Positions 51,387-62,115 of a stretch of 64,000 nt of DNA are shown here, in pieces. The notes beneath the pieces were generated by a model. The model was given only the letters and a program-made list of their open reading frames with translations. It made no database searches and was not told the DNA's origin. Source of the DNA: an uncultured Erysipelotrichaceae bacterium. GTDB taxonomy: Bacteria; Bacillota_I; Bacilli_A; RFN20; DUOF01. Each line of letters starts with the position of its first letter. Positions within the stretch are counted from its first letter, which is position 1. The position numbers and the translations under genes were made by a program. Where the stretch lies: NCBI GenBank assembly GCA_964442785.1, contig CAYTZW010000002.1, positions 2,457 to 66,456 of the forward strand, read 5' to 3'.

Positions 51387-52967
51387 TTAATTTTGAGTAA
51401 ATTCAAGATAATCATCATACGTACACATTTTATCAATAATTGTTTTTTCATCAACAATATCAATAATACGATTAGCGACTGTTTGCATTATTTCGTGGTC
51501 GTGAGTAGTAAATAAAAGTACTCCTTTGTAATTTTCCATTCCTTTATTTAAAGCCGTAATAGATTCCAAATCCAAATGATTTGTAGGTTCGTCCATTACT
51601 AATACATTACCTGCTGTTAACATCATTCTCGCTAACATACATCGAACTTTTTCTCCTCCAGAAATAACTTTAGCACTTTTTAAAGCTTCTTCACCAGAGA
51701 AAAGCATTCTTCCTAACCAACCACGAACATAAGATTCACTTTTATCTTTTGAATATTGTCTTAACCAATCTGTTAAAGATAAATCGCAATTATCAAAGAA
51801 AGAATGATTATCATTTGGTAAATAAGTAGGAGTTATGGTAAGTCCCCATTTTACTGTACCGGAATCAGCTTCTTCAAGTCCCATTAAAATATTAAATAAA
51901 GTAGTCGTAACTTGACTGTTACTACTTAAAAAAGCTACTTTATCTTTTTTATTCAAAGTAAAAGACAGATTTTCAAATAAACCTTTTTTAGTTAAGTTTT
52001 TTACTTCTAAAACATCATTTCCAATTTCTTGTTCATATTTAAAATCAATATAAGGATACTTTCTTGAAGAAGGTTTTAAATCCTCTAAAGTGATTTTCTC
52101 TAATTCTTTTTTTCTACTAGTAGCTTGTTTTGACTTTGAAGCATTAGCGGCAAATCTAGCAATAAATTCTTGTAACTCTTTAATTCTAGCTTCTTGCTTT
52201 TTATTCAAATCCTTAGCTTGTTTAGCAAGTAATTGACTAGTTTCATACCAAAAATCATAATTTCCAACATACATACTAATTTTTCCAAAATCAACATCAC
52301 AAATATGAGTACAAACCTTGTTTAAGAAATGTCGGTCGTGAGAAACAACAATAACCGTATTTTCAAAATTGTATAAGAAGTTTTCTAACCACAAAGTTGC
52401 TTTAGCATCTAAGTTGTTGGTAGGCTCATCTAAAACTAAAATATCAGGATTTCCAAATATTGCTTGAGCAAGCAAAACTTTAACTTTTTCTTTTCCGTCT
52501 AACTCTCCCATTAAAGTATAATGCTTATCTTCTCCAATACCTAAACCATTAAGAAGTGAAGCTGCATTACTTTCAGCATTCCAACCGTCCATATCTTCAA
52601 ATTCACCTGATAGTTCCGCAATTCTAATACCGTCTTCATCATTAAAATCAGGTTTACTATATAATCTTTCTTGTTCTTCCATTATTTCTACTAATCTTTT
52701 ATGGCCTAATAAAACAGTTTTTAAAACAGTTTGGTCATCATAAGCATTTTGATTTTGTTTTAAAACTGACATTCTTTCTTTAGCGTCATAAATAATATGT
52801 CCATCTGTTGGTTCTAACTCACCTGATAACAGCTTCAAAAAAGTCGATTTTCCTGCTCCATTAGCACCGATAATACCATAACAATTACCATTACTAAACT
52901 TCAAATTAACATCTTTAAATAAAACACGGCTTCCAAATTGAAGCCCTACATTAATTACCTGTATCAT
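51387..52967 (-). CDS. ABC-F family ATPase (two NBDs, no TMD)
   Basis: Two Walker A motifs (GANGAGKST and a second), LSGGE signatures and an inter-domain linker; 526 aa. Confidence 0.8.
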   Translation of the reverse strand: MIQVINVGLQFGSRVLFKDVNLKFSNGNCYGIIGANGAGKSTFLKLLSGELEPTDGHIIYDAKERMSVLKQNQNAYDDQTVLKTVLLGHKRLVEIMEEQERLYSKPDFNDEDGIRIAELSGEFEDMDGWNAESNAASLLNGLGIGEDKHYTLMGELDGKEKVKVLLAQAIFGNPDILVLDEPTNNLDAKATLWLENFLYNFENTVIVVSHDRHFLNKVCTHICDVDFGKISMYVGNYDFWYETSQLLAKQAKDLNKKQEARIKELQEFIARFAANASKSKQATSRKKELEKITLEDLKPSSRKYPYIDFKYEQEIGNDVLEVKNLTKKGLFENLSFTLNKKDKVAFLSSNSQVTTTLFNILMGLEEADSGTVKWGLTITPTYLPNDNHSFFDNCDLSLTDWLRQYSKDKSESYVRGWLGRMLFSGEEALKSAKVISGGEKVRCMLARMMLTAGNVLVMDEPTNHLDLESITALNKGMENYKGVLLFTTHDHEIMQTVANRIIDIVDEKTIIDKMCTYDDYLEFTQN

Positions 52968-53481
52968 TTACTACTACCTCATCTTCCTTAAACATCTCTA
53001 TCAACTCTTGAAGTTCTGAAATTGCTTTAAATCCTTTTCCATTCTTTTTCAAAGAAAAACGAACCCCAATTCCTCCTGCTTCTTCCCATAAACGAAGATT
53101 AGGAGTATAGTCATCAACTAAAATTGCCCCTTTTGGATTAACAATCGTATTTTTATCAAAAGTTTTAGGAACAATTACAACATCTAAAATAGGATAATGT
53201 TTTTTCATAAAAGCAATCTTTTCTTCAGCTTCAGCGATAGATAAAACGTGAGTCAAAATTTTAATTCTAAACATATTAGTTTCCATTAATTTACCTATTT
53301 GTTCCAAACTATTATTAATAGCTAAAGCATTATCAAGGATATTTTTAAAATCAATTTGTTTTAAAAACTCAGTTTTAGATTTAGTATCTTCTAAATCGAT
53401 ATTACTTGCTTCCATTTGTTCGTGTAATAAAACATTAGTATTCATAAGAACTCCATCAAAATCTAAATAAAGTTTTTTCAT
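52951..53481 (-). CDS. HAD-superfamily 5'(3')-deoxyribonucleotidase-like protein
   Basis: LDFDGVL as HAD motif I; 176 aa. Confidence 0.5.
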   Translation of the reverse strand: MKKLYLDFDGVLMNTNVLLHEQMEASNIDLEDTKSKTEFLKQIDFKNILDNALAINNSLEQIGKLMETNMFRIKILTHVLSIAEAEEKIAFMKKHYPILDVVIVPKTFDKNTIVNPKGAILVDDYTPNLRLWEEAGGIGVRFSLKKNGKGFKAISELQELIEMFKEDEVVVNDTGN

Positions 53482-53572
53482 TTTCTACACCTCTGTCTTT
53501 ATTATATTAACATTTATTACAACTTAATTCCATAAAAAAAGCTACTTATTCAGTAGCTAGTTGATACTTGTA

Positions 53573-54130
53573 TTAATAACCTTTTTCCTTATATTCATCA
53601 TACAATTCTTTAAAACGATTATAATGCACAATTTCTCTTTGTCGTAAAAACTCTAAAGGCCCTTTAACATCAGGGTCATCAGTTAAATTAATTAAATGCT
53701 CATAAGTAACTCTGGCTTTTTCTTCTGCAGCAACATCTTCCGCCAAATCCGCAACAGGATTTCCTGTTCCACCGATGTTAGCAAAAGTAAATGGTACTCC
53801 ACCCGCATCAAGAGGATATAAACCATACCCGTGTTCACTATAATAACCGTCTAATCCAGCTTTTTTCATTTCATCTAAAGTTGCCCCTTTTAATAATTGC
53901 CTTACCATTGTACAAATCATTTCAACGTGTCCTAATTCTTCCGTTCCAATATCAGTTAATAAAGCCTTTCCTTTGTCATCAGGCATTGTATATCTTTGAT
54001 TTAGATACCTTAAAGCTGCTCCAAGTTCTCCATAAGGGCCACCATATTGAGTTAAAATTGCTTTAACCATTTTAATATCTTTATTTTTTATATTAATCGG
54101 GTATTGTAAACTTTTTTGATAAAGCCACAT
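53573..54130 (-). CDS. cotJC: Spore coat protein CotJC (manganese-catalase family)
   Basis: MWLYQKSLQYP...YGGPYGELGAALRYLNQRYTMP...LTDIGTEELGHVEM...AAEEKARVTYE has strong CotJC-like conservation. Start refined to MWLYQ. Confidence 0.8.
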   Translation of the reverse strand: MWLYQKSLQYPINIKNKDIKMVKAILTQYGGPYGELGAALRYLNQRYTMPDDKGKALLTDIGTEELGHVEMICTMVRQLLKGATLDEMKKAGLDGYYSEHGYGLYPLDAGGVPFTFANIGGTGNPVADLAEDVAAEEKARVTYEHLINLTDDPDVKGPLEFLRQREIVHYNRFKELYDEYKEKGY

Positions 54131-54131
54131 T

Positions 54132-54590
54132 TTATTTACCCCCTTCCCAAGGCCACGGACCATTATTCCAAGGCCAATAAACATCGACTTTTGTCCCATA
54201 TAATCCTAAAGGACCATATTTACTCTCATAAACTCTTAAAGCAGATAAATATTCATTTCGATAATTATTAAATAATTCCATTGCTTTTCCGTCCGAAGGA
54301 TTATTGTTAAGATACAAATTCAAATCATTAACCGCAAAGGCATATTTTTGGACATTTAAAAGGTCTTTCTCCCTTTCTGAGTAAACACTTGGCACAGAAG
54401 GAATATAGTTCTTATAAGCCTTGTATTCGTCTTTTTTTAGGTTTCCTTTGACAAATCCTTCTTGAGAATCATAAAACATCGAAGAATTATTCTCTTTTTC
54501 TCTTATTTCTTTTTGATACTCATTATTGAAATCAGGATATCCATTCCAATAATTCATATAATAAAATTCATTCATTTTTCCTACCTCCAT
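54132..54590 (-). CDS. cotJB: Spore coat protein CotJB (possibly a fused CotJA-CotJB)
   Basis: The C-terminal half FAVNDLNLYLNNNPSD...YESKYGPL matches CotJB. Located directly upstream of cotJC. Confidence 0.6.
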   Translation of the reverse strand: MEVGKMNEFYYMNYWNGYPDFNNEYQKEIREKENNSSMFYDSQEGFVKGNLKKDEYKAYKNYIPSVPSVYSEREKDLLNVQKYAFAVNDLNLYLNNNPSDGKAMELFNNYRNEYLSALRVYESKYGPLGLYGTKVDVYWPWNNGPWPWEGGK

Positions 54591-54652
54591 TAGATAATAT
54601 AACTAAAATTCAAAAATGGTATAGGCGAAGGTATAAAAAAGAAAAAAATAGA

Positions 54653-55186
54653 TTAATAACTATATTTATGACTATTCATATCATAAAAAAGAGGAATTTT
54701 AAAAGGATAAAAAGTCATTATTAAATAAAAAACAAAAAGGAAAATAAAAGAAAACAAAAGAACTTTAAAAGAAACTTTTTTCTTTTCATTATAAAACTTC
54801 GAAGCCAAAATTTGTCCTAAAAAAAGAGAAAACAACAAAGAAAAAACATTCACAAAAGCAATATTTTTCCCTAAAACACCAGAATAAGTATAATAAAAAA
54901 CAATCATTGTCAAAACCGAAACACTTATTGAAACTAATAAAGATGTAAACCAACTTTCTTTATCTAACAAATATTTATTTTTATACAAAAAATAATAAAG
55001 CAAATAAAAAAGAAAAAGTGGCAAAACTAAAAGTTTCGTATGCTCCCAAATACTTTCATTAATAGGAAAAAAAGGTGCTAAGAAATAAAGTGAACCAAAC
55101 CATTTAAAAACAAAATGAAAAACCGAACCCACTAAAAAAAGCAAAGGTATTGAAACAAATAAATCTCTTTCTATTTTTCTTTCCAT
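54653..55186 (-). CDS. Membrane protein of unknown function
   Basis: 177 aa with 5 or more TM segments. Confidence 0.4.
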   Translation of the reverse strand: MERKIERDLFVSIPLLFLVGSVFHFVFKWFGSLYFLAPFFPINESIWEHTKLLVLPLFLFYLLYYFLYKNKYLLDKESWFTSLLVSISVSVLTMIVFYYTYSGVLGKNIAFVNVFSLLFSLFLGQILASKFYNEKKKVSFKVLLFSFIFLFVFYLIMTFYPFKIPLFYDMNSHKYSY

Positions 55187-55236
55187 TAAAAAATCACCAT
55201 ATTTTATTATAGTGATTAATTTAAAAAGATATTCAA

Positions 55237-56112
55237 TTAATAAACTAAATTTAAAGCTTTTGGTAATATTAAAACTTCAATTTTATCCGAAAAAATCATT
55301 TCTCCGTCTAAACTAATACTCATTTTTTCCTTAGATTGAATTTCTACTTTTTGACATTTTCGATAACAATAAATAGAAGGCTTTACTTTTTCAAAATAAG
55401 TTCCTGCTTTATAACTCTTAACAACCCTTAAAAAAGTAAATCTTGATATTTTCTTAATAGCACAAAAATCAATCAAACCATCATCAATTTTAGCAAAAGG
55501 AGCACACTTAAAACCTCCACCATAAAAACTAGCATTAGCACAAGTAAACAGAATAAAAGAACCTTCTAAAACTTCTTTATCATCAATAGTAATTTTATAT
55601 TCATTATGAAATTTCTTTAAAAAACATTTTATTAAAGATTTGTTATAAGCCTTTTCAATGCTCATTTTCTTCTTCAAAGAAATAACTCCTGCATTAACAT
55701 CAGCATCAAATCCTATATTAGCCACATTAATACTATAAAAGTCATTAACTTTTAAAATATCAACAGGTTTTGCTTCTTTATTTAAAAGACTTTTAATATC
55801 TTTAAAATCCGTTTGAAAATAACGAACAAAATCATTTCCAGAACCATAAGGATATGGCACTAAAGAAGCATTAGTAACATTAACCAGTCCGCTAGCCACT
55901 TCATTTATCGTTCCGTCCCCACCACAAGCAAAAAAACGAAGTTCCTCCTTATTATTTTGACATACTTCTTTCACATATCTAGTAGCGTCTTTTTCACATT
56001 TTGTTTCATAAATTACATAATCTAAATCTTTACAAGTTGTTTCAATTTCTTTTTTCAAATCAAATGATTTTTCTTTCCCTGCCGCAGGATTAATTATAAA
56101 ATAGTATTTCAT
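55237..56112 (-). CDS. Diacylglycerol-kinase-family lipid kinase (DagK/YegS-like), copy 2
   Basis: The GGDGT motif (FFACGGDGTINEV). Confidence 0.7.
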   Translation of the reverse strand: MKYYFIINPAAGKEKSFDLKKEIETTCKDLDYVIYETKCEKDATRYVKEVCQNNKEELRFFACGGDGTINEVASGLVNVTNASLVPYPYGSGNDFVRYFQTDFKDIKSLLNKEAKPVDILKVNDFYSINVANIGFDADVNAGVISLKKKMSIEKAYNKSLIKCFLKKFHNEYKITIDDKEVLEGSFILFTCANASFYGGGFKCAPFAKIDDGLIDFCAIKKISRFTFLRVVKSYKAGTYFEKVKPSIYCYRKCQKVEIQSKEKMSISLDGEMIFSDKIEVLILPKALNLVY

Positions 56113-56981
56113 TTCAAACGATACAAACGATCACTAGGATATTTGTCTTTCCTTTTAAATTTTAAATTAATGAAACAACCGCCAAAACCACTAACCAAAG
56201 CTAAAATAAACGAAGTTGAAATTTTAAAAGTTTCCTTTGTTAACAAAGTAGGTAAATAATAAGCTCCCCATATAGACAAAAAAGTAGCCCCTACAATAAA
56301 GATTAATTTAATTAAATAACTATTATATCCGTCGCAAACTTCATAATAAAAATGAGCTAACATTCCCGTAAGAATTCCTAAGATAAAAATAGGATAACCA
56401 ATAAAAACAGATAAAAGCAATAAAATAGAACCAATAACAGCACCATACAAACAGCCAACCAAACCACTAACAAGTTTTCCATTATTATAATGCTTTTTAG
56501 TATTAATACCGTTAACTTTATTATATTCTTCCATACAATGTTCGTGAGCTAAAACGGCAAAACCATCAAGACAAAAAAGAGAAGAATCTTGATTATTTAA
56601 ACGATGACAATAAAAACAAACATTAGAGCCATTAATTTCTCCATTTTTAAGTCTTAAAATAAAATCATTTAAAAACTTATCCATTCTAGCAACAGTTTTC
56701 TTGCCACTACTTGTTTGAAAGCATATTTCAATATTATTATCATTCCACCTAAATTTAGAAATACGATAATTAATAATATTATCATTAACAAAAGTTTCAA
56801 TTTCTCGTTTTCTAATCAAATCAACATCTCCAGAAATAGAAACCACAATTCTTTTATATCCATATTCTTCTGACAAAGTAACATAATATTTATCTATCAA
56901 TTTATAGGCTCTACCATTTTTAATGATATAGTCATTACTCGAAGCATACGTAAGCAAAGGTCCTTTTATCATATAGTTCAC
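56109..56981 (-). CDS. Hypothetical protein with a Cys/His cluster and C-terminal 3-4 TM segments
   Basis: CFYCH...FCLDGFAVLAHEHC followed by TM helices. ATGA overlap with the downstream kinase. Confidence 0.4.
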   Translation of the reverse strand: MNYMIKGPLLTYASSNDYIIKNGRAYKLIDKYYVTLSEEYGYKRIVVSISGDVDLIRKREIETFVNDNIINYRISKFRWNDNNIEICFQTSSGKKTVARMDKFLNDFILRLKNGEINGSNVCFYCHRLNNQDSSLFCLDGFAVLAHEHCMEEYNKVNGINTKKHYNNGKLVSGLVGCLYGAVIGSILLLLSVFIGYPIFILGILTGMLAHFYYEVCDGYNSYLIKLIFIVGATFLSIWGAYYLPTLLTKETFKISTSFILALVSGFGGCFINLKFKRKDKYPSDRLYRLK

Positions 56982-57260
56982 CTCTAACTATAATTTTAAC
57001 AAATTTATTTTTTTTAGTAAACACACAGAGAAAAATTATAAATATTATTCATTTTTTAGAAAGTTAAACAAAGCCACTACGGATTTATTATTTATAATGA
57101 TTAAATATTTTCCTACAAAATTAGAAATTATTTCTAGCAACACTCATTTTTTCACTATTGTGGAGAATTTTTTTCATAAGCAAAAGAATGTATAAAAAAT
57201 GTCAAAATTTAGATGTAAGTAATTTCTATTTATGCTAAAATGTGTTCAAAGGAGATCACA

Positions 57261-57857
57261 TATGTCTAACATTAAAATTTTTGAGGACAAAAAAATCAGA
57301 ACTGCTTGGAACGAGCAGTAAAAAGATTGGTATTTTTCAGTTGTAGATGTAATTAATATTTTAACCAACAAGGATTATAATAGTAGTGGAAAGTATTGGA
57401 AATTTTTTTAAAGGAAGGAAATGAGTTGGTATCATTTTGTTACCAACTGAAATTACTATCTAGTGACGGAAAATTTTATAGCACAGACATTCTTAACACA
57501 AAAGGTATTTTACGACTTTGCCAAAAGCAAAACCTTTTAAGAATTACGATAGTAGTAAATTTTAAAGGGAAGACTAAAAAAAGAAAGAAGTGAACTGGTA
57601 TCATTTTGTTACCAGTTGAAATTAACACCATTGAACTCGTTTTAAATATGCTTGCAGAAGTTACAACAACCGCAATGAGCAAAGAACAAAAACCCAGTAA
57701 TATGGAAGAACATAAAAGAATTGCAAAAGAAGGTGGAGAAGTAGCAAAAACTGCAAAAATTGCTTATGAACAAAGAGTAGGCAAAAGTGCGGTTTCTTCA
57801 CTTAATGCTCAAAATAAAAATTTATTAGAAATAAAATCCGAGGATAAAGAAAGTTAA
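57261..57857 (+). pseudogene. Decayed dinD-like (DNA-damage-inducible protein D / Bro-N-type) prophage-associated gene
   Basis: GGAG RBS and ATG at 57261. The product reads MSNIKIFEDKKIRTAWNEQ*KDWYFSVVDVINIL...KYWKFF*, then out-of-frame SDGKFYSTDILNTKGILRL, then the track ORF 57606-57857 (LAEVTTTAMSKEQKP...GKSAVSSLNAQN), which resembles the DinD C-terminus. Multiple stops and frame changes. Confidence 0.5.
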
Positions 57858-57971
57858 AGACATATGTAGGTGTTTACATATGTTTTTTTATAAAGTCAAA
57901 TTATATATAAAACATTTTTTGTATTCATTTTCTTTTTCTCTTTTGTTAAAATAAAAAAAAGGTGTGGTTTT

Positions 57972-58358
57972 ATGAATAAAATTACCAAAGTAAAAGTTAA
58001 AAAATATTTATCTATTATTAAAAACGGCAAAAAGAAACATTTTGATGTTGCTTCCCTATCTTCATCAACAGGAATTAATGAAGATAGTTTAAGAGAAGAA
58101 TTAGCCTATTTTGACCCTTTAATTCGTCTTATGGAAGATTACAACCTAAAAGATATAATTCCAGAGCTAGAAAATTATTTAACCAAACCAATGGTTAAAA
58201 GAGCCAAGTTAACTTCTAAATACAATTCCATTTTAGATTTTGTTGTCAAAAATATGACTTCAAATGGAGATTTAATAGATAAATATGTAAAACTAAACAA
58301 AACACAACTAAAAGACTTAGAAATCTTAGTAAAAAGGGAGATTAGAAAAGCAAAATGA
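57972..58358 (+). CDS. Hypothetical protein
   Basis: 128-aa ORF, Lys-rich, with a GGTG RBS. Confidence 0.4.
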   Translation: MNKITKVKVKKYLSIIKNGKKKHFDVASLSSSTGINEDSLREELAYFDPLIRLMEDYNLKDIIPELENYLTKPMVKRAKLTSKYNSILDFVVKNMTSNGDLIDKYVKLNKTQLKDLEILVKREIRKAK

Positions 58359-58711
58359 AAAAACTAATAGAAAAAATTAAAATCAAAGATTTAAAAACCT
58401 TATTAAAAATTGGAATAATAGTTCTCATATCTAACATTATTTCCTTAATATTTTTCTTTATATACAAAATGGATTTATTAAAATATTACGATTTCCTATT
58501 TGTAATTTCCTTTTTTATCTTTGCCTTTGGTTATTTATATGGAAATTATAAAATCAACAAAATTAGGAAAAAAACTAAAAATTGGGATCAACCTTTAAAA
58601 GAGGAAGAAAAAGCAACATACGCTCCTAAAAGATTTATTTGCTATTATGCCTCTTTCCTTAATATGTGTATTTATTTAATAGTTTTCCTTATCGAATTAA
58701 TCGTAAAGTAA
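58355..58711 (+). CDS. Small membrane protein
   Basis: 118 aa, 3 TM; ATGA overlap with the upstream ORF. Confidence 0.4.
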   Translation: MKKLIEKIKIKDLKTLLKIGIIVLISNIISLIFFFIYKMDLLKYYDFLFVISFFIFAFGYLYGNYKINKIRKKTKNWDQPLKEEEKATYAPKRFICYYASFLNMCIYLIVFLIELIVK

Positions 58712-58770
58712 GGTATTAAATAAATACCTTTTTTTATAAAAAAAATGTAAGCACATTTGTACTTACATAA

Positions 58771-60315
58771 TTATTTTAATATTTTTTTATATTCTTTTAT
58801 TTCTTCCTCTGTTGCTAAAACAAAATGGCCTTTTTTAACTTCCCTTAATTCTCTACCCATAACATTATCAGGAACATATTTTATAATCTTTTTGTTTCTT
58901 TCAAGTTCAGGATTAGGTTGAGGTACAGCGGATAATAAAGACTTAGTATAAGGGTGCAATGGATTAATAAACAACTCATCAGAAGGAGCAAGTTCCACGA
59001 TTTTACCTTTGTAAATAACGGCTATTCTATCCGCTACAAATCTAACTACGGATAAATCGTGAGCAATAAACAAATATGTTAATCCATAGTCTGCTTGAAA
59101 TTTCTTTAGCAAATTCAATACTTGAGCACGAATAGAAACATCTAAAGCACTTATTGGTTCATCTGCAATAATAAGTTCTGGTTTCATAACAATGGCTCGA
59201 GCAATTCCTATTCTTTGCCTTTGTCCTCCTGAAAATTCGTGAGGATACCTTGATAAATGTTCAGGCAATAAACCAACACTTTTAATTGCTTCGTGAACTT
59301 TCTTTTCACGGTCTTTTTCATTTTCATACAAATGGAAACTTCTAAGTCCTTCTGAAATAATATAATCTACTGTAGTTCTTTCATTTAAACTTGCCGCAGG
59401 GTCTTGGAAAATCATTTGAATACCTTTTTTAACTTCTTGTTTTACCTTTGGTGATATCGTCCCATTTATAACTTTATCGTGGAAAATTATCTTACCTTCT
59501 CTTACTTTATTAATTCCAACAATTGTTCTACCAATAGTGGTTTTACCAGAGCCACTTTCTCCCACAAGACCTAAGGTTTCACCTTTGTAAATGTCCAATG
59601 ATAAATTAGGAACAACATTAAAGAAATTCAAACCACGATAAAATCCAATATTAACATTTTCCATTCTTAATAAAACATCTTTAGGTAATTCTATCTTTTC
59701 CGAATTTAATTCATATTCCATTACATCTAAAGATTTCAATGAAAATATAGAACAAAAAAATGAAGTGAAAGAAATAGGTAATAATAACCAATTGGTAACT
59801 TTTAAAATTTTGCCTATTTTTATTAACTTTTTTTCTTTTAAACATAATAAAATAATGTAGAAAATAATTAATGATATTCTTATTAAGTTTAGAATATTAA
59901 AAACCAACTCTTTTTCTTCTTTAGAAGCACTTATTAAATAACATATTAATACTTTTGTTAATTTTAAAGTCCAAGTAGAAGTTAATAATACCTCTAGAAT
60001 AAAAATAAAGAAAAGTTTAATAGAACTAATTTTGTTAGATTCTTGATTATAAAGGTATAATCCATATGCTAATACAATTGCATTTAGAGAAATTATTGAA
60101 CCTCCTAATAATAGATTCAATAGTTTTTCATTTTTTTCAAAATCATAATTTTTATTTTGTATCATTATATTTGTAAATGTTAATACACTTATAAAACCTG
60201 CAATTAATAAAATTAAATTATGAATTGTTGGATTCTTAAAATAAATAAAAATATTAACAATTTCAAATACACTAGTAAGTGAGAAAAGATAAATGATAGA
60301 ATTATTCTTTTTCAT
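58771..60315 (-). CDS. oppF: Oligopeptide ABC transporter ATP-binding protein OppF-type, with an N-terminal membrane-domain extension of about 200 aa
   Basis: The C-terminal 310 aa form an OppF-like NBD ([28 protein letters not shown]). The N-terminal 5-6 TM segments are in the same frame, with no stop and no RBS at the internal Met. Confidence 0.65.
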   Translation of the reverse strand: MKKNNSIIYLFSLTSVFEIVNIFIYFKNPTIHNLILLIAGFISVLTFTNIMIQNKNYDFEKNEKLLNLLLGGSIISLNAIVLAYGLYLYNQESNKISSIKLFFIFILEVLLTSTWTLKLTKVLICYLISASKEEKELVFNILNLIRISLIIFYIILLCLKEKKLIKIGKILKVTNWLLLPISFTSFFCSIFSLKSLDVMEYELNSEKIELPKDVLLRMENVNIGFYRGLNFFNVVPNLSLDIYKGETLGLVGESGSGKTTIGRTIVGINKVREGKIIFHDKVINGTISPKVKQEVKKGIQMIFQDPAASLNERTTVDYIISEGLRSFHLYENEKDREKKVHEAIKSVGLLPEHLSRYPHEFSGGQRQRIGIARAIVMKPELIIADEPISALDVSIRAQVLNLLKKFQADYGLTYLFIAHDLSVVRFVADRIAVIYKGKIVELAPSDELFINPLHPYTKSLLSAVPQPNPELERNKKIIKYVPDNVMGRELREVKKGHFVLATEEEIKEYKKILK

Positions 60316-62104
60316 TTTTCTTCACTCCTTTCTTAACTGCTGTTGCTTTCTTAGTAACTATTTTAATTTCTTTTACTTTATTGGTTATATTAGAAGCAAC
60401 AGATTTTGCTTGTTCTTCTAAATTCATTTTTAAATTAGCCACTTGCTTTGGCATTTCAACTTTTGGTGCTCTTTGATCAAGTAGCCAAGTTTTAGCCCAG
60501 TGAGTTGTTGATATAACAAATACTGGTGGTTCTTCTTTAAAATCAATAGCTAATGCATATGGATTTCTAGGGGCAAATGCATCTCCATTTATCTTTTGTT
60601 TTAATGATGGAGGTGTCCCTTTAATTGCAAATAAATCTTGACCTTTTATACCCAATTGGGGTAAAGAAGATAATAAAGCCCAGGTATAAGGGTGTGCGGG
60701 TTCATAAAATATTTCATTCACTAATCCATATTCGACTATTTGTCCACTATACATAACTGCAACTTTATCCGCAACGTTGGCAACTACTCCTAAATCGTGA
60801 GTAATATAAACTGTTGTGAAACCGTACTCTTTTTGCAAATCTTTAATAAGTTCTAGTATTTGTGCTTGAATTGTAACATCTAACGCTGTTGTAGGTTCAT
60901 CACATATTAATATTTTAGGATGACAAGCAAGTGCAATTGCTATTACCACTCTTTGTCTCATACCTCCAGAATATTGATAAGGTAAATCATTATATCTATT
61001 AGCAGCATCGGGAATTCCAACTCTAGTTAATAAATTAATAGCTTCTTTTTTAGCTAGTCTTCTACTCATCTTACTATGAATTCTTAAAACTTCACTAATT
61101 TGGTATCCAATTGATAGCAAAGGGTTCAATGATGTCATAGGATCTTGAAAAACCGTAGCAATCATTTTTCCTCTTATTTTTGACCATTCTTTATTAGTTT
61201 TAAACTTAGAAATATTTTGTCCTAAAAATATGACGCTTCCTGAATCAATCCACCCATTTGCATCTAACATTCCGGTAAATGTTTTAGTTAAAACTGATTT
61301 TCCAGATCCTGATTCCCCTACAATTGCTAAGCATTCATCTTTATATAATGATAAACTCACTTTTCTTAATGCAGTTAAATCATCTCCTCTAACTTTGAAT
61401 TTGACGACCAAATCTTTTACTTCTAAGATTGGCAATTCTTTTTTTAACTCATCCGGTTTTCCTTCTTCTACAATTCTTCCATCATAAAAGATTGCTATTC
61501 TGTTACAATACTTCTTAGCTAATTCAATATTAGAAGTTGAAATTAATAAAGTGTATTTCAATTCTTGTTGAAATTTTTTTAGAATATTTAATATTTCTTC
61601 ATTTTCAGAATCATCTAATTGTTTAGGCAAATCTATAACTATTAAATTTGGTTTCTGTTCCATAATGCTTAAAATATGCATTTTATATTTAGTAATTGGA
61701 TACGCTTTTTTAGATTTTAATTTCCAAACACTTTCAGGTAAATTAATATCTGCTAGAGTGTACTTTTGAAAAGCAAAATGTGATTTTAAAGATAAAACAT
61801 CATCATATTTTTCAATTGAATGTGAATTAACCAAAAAAACTTTATTTTCTTTTGGTTTATGTCTTGTATATGGATTTTTTAATTCTTCTCCATTTATTAA
61901 AGTTTTGCCACTCAAAACTAGAGAATTTTTTTCTAATTCAGAAGTAATGTATCTAACTAAAATAGATTTTCCTGCTCCTGTATTACCGACAATACCATAT
62001 GTTTCTCCTTTTTCTACTTTAAAAGAAACATTATTAACAGAAATAAAAGTTGATTTATTGATAGTGGTTTGAATTTTCAAATCTTTAACAACTAAATTTT
62101 CCAT
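60302..62104 (-). CDS. oppD: Oligopeptide ABC transporter ATP-binding protein OppD-type with an extra degenerate N-terminal NBD
   Basis: NBD1 has GNTGAGKS, no signature motif and Walker B IVIDLP. NBD2 is canonical ([27 protein letters not shown]). There is a C-terminal Lys-rich extension. Confidence 0.65.
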   Translation of the reverse strand: MENLVVKDLKIQTTINKSTFISVNNVSFKVEKGETYGIVGNTGAGKSILVRYITSELEKNSLVLSGKTLINGEELKNPYTRHKPKENKVFLVNSHSIEKYDDVLSLKSHFAFQKYTLADINLPESVWKLKSKKAYPITKYKMHILSIMEQKPNLIVIDLPKQLDDSENEEILNILKKFQQELKYTLLISTSNIELAKKYCNRIAIFYDGRIVEEGKPDELKKELPILEVKDLVVKFKVRGDDLTALRKVSLSLYKDECLAIVGESGSGKSVLTKTFTGMLDANGWIDSGSVIFLGQNISKFKTNKEWSKIRGKMIATVFQDPMTSLNPLLSIGYQISEVLRIHSKMSRRLAKKEAINLLTRVGIPDAANRYNDLPYQYSGGMRQRVVIAIALACHPKILICDEPTTALDVTIQAQILELIKDLQKEYGFTTVYITHDLGVVANVADKVAVMYSGQIVEYGLVNEIFYEPAHPYTWALLSSLPQLGIKGQDLFAIKGTPPSLKQKINGDAFAPRNPYALAIDFKEEPPVFVISTTHWAKTWLLDQRAPKVEMPKQVANLKMNLEEQAKSVASNITNKVKEIKIVTKKATAVKKGVKKNEKE

Positions 62105-62115
62105 CAGTACACCTC

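Noticed and set aside
57100-57260. Palindrome TAGAAATTATTTCTA upstream of the dinD-like gene as a LexA/Cheo box (dinD is SOS-regulated in E. coli)
   Set aside because: It does not match the Firmicute Cheo consensus GAAC-N4-GTTC (the halves read GAAA and TTTC). I note it but do not call it an SOS box.
57420-57630. Two 34-nt hairpin-forming direct repeats (AGTTGGTA-tcattttgt-TACCAACT and AACTGGTA-tcattttgt-TACCAGTT) whose differences look like compensatory base-pair changes, suggesting a structured RNA or MITE
   Set aside because: Both copies translate to the same peptide ELVSFCYQLKL of the dinD-like gene. The differences are synonymous codon changes (GAG/GAA, TTG/CTG, CAA/CAG, CTG/TTG) that preserve pairing by coincidence. 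The better reading is a duplicated coding segment in a decaying gene.
59721-60315. Treating the N-terminal 200-aa TM region of the oppF ORF as a separate upstream gene, with OppF starting at the internal MEYELNSE
   Set aside because: There is no stop codon between the TM region and the ATPase and no recognisable RBS before the internal Met. The fusion reading is kept and flagged for verification.
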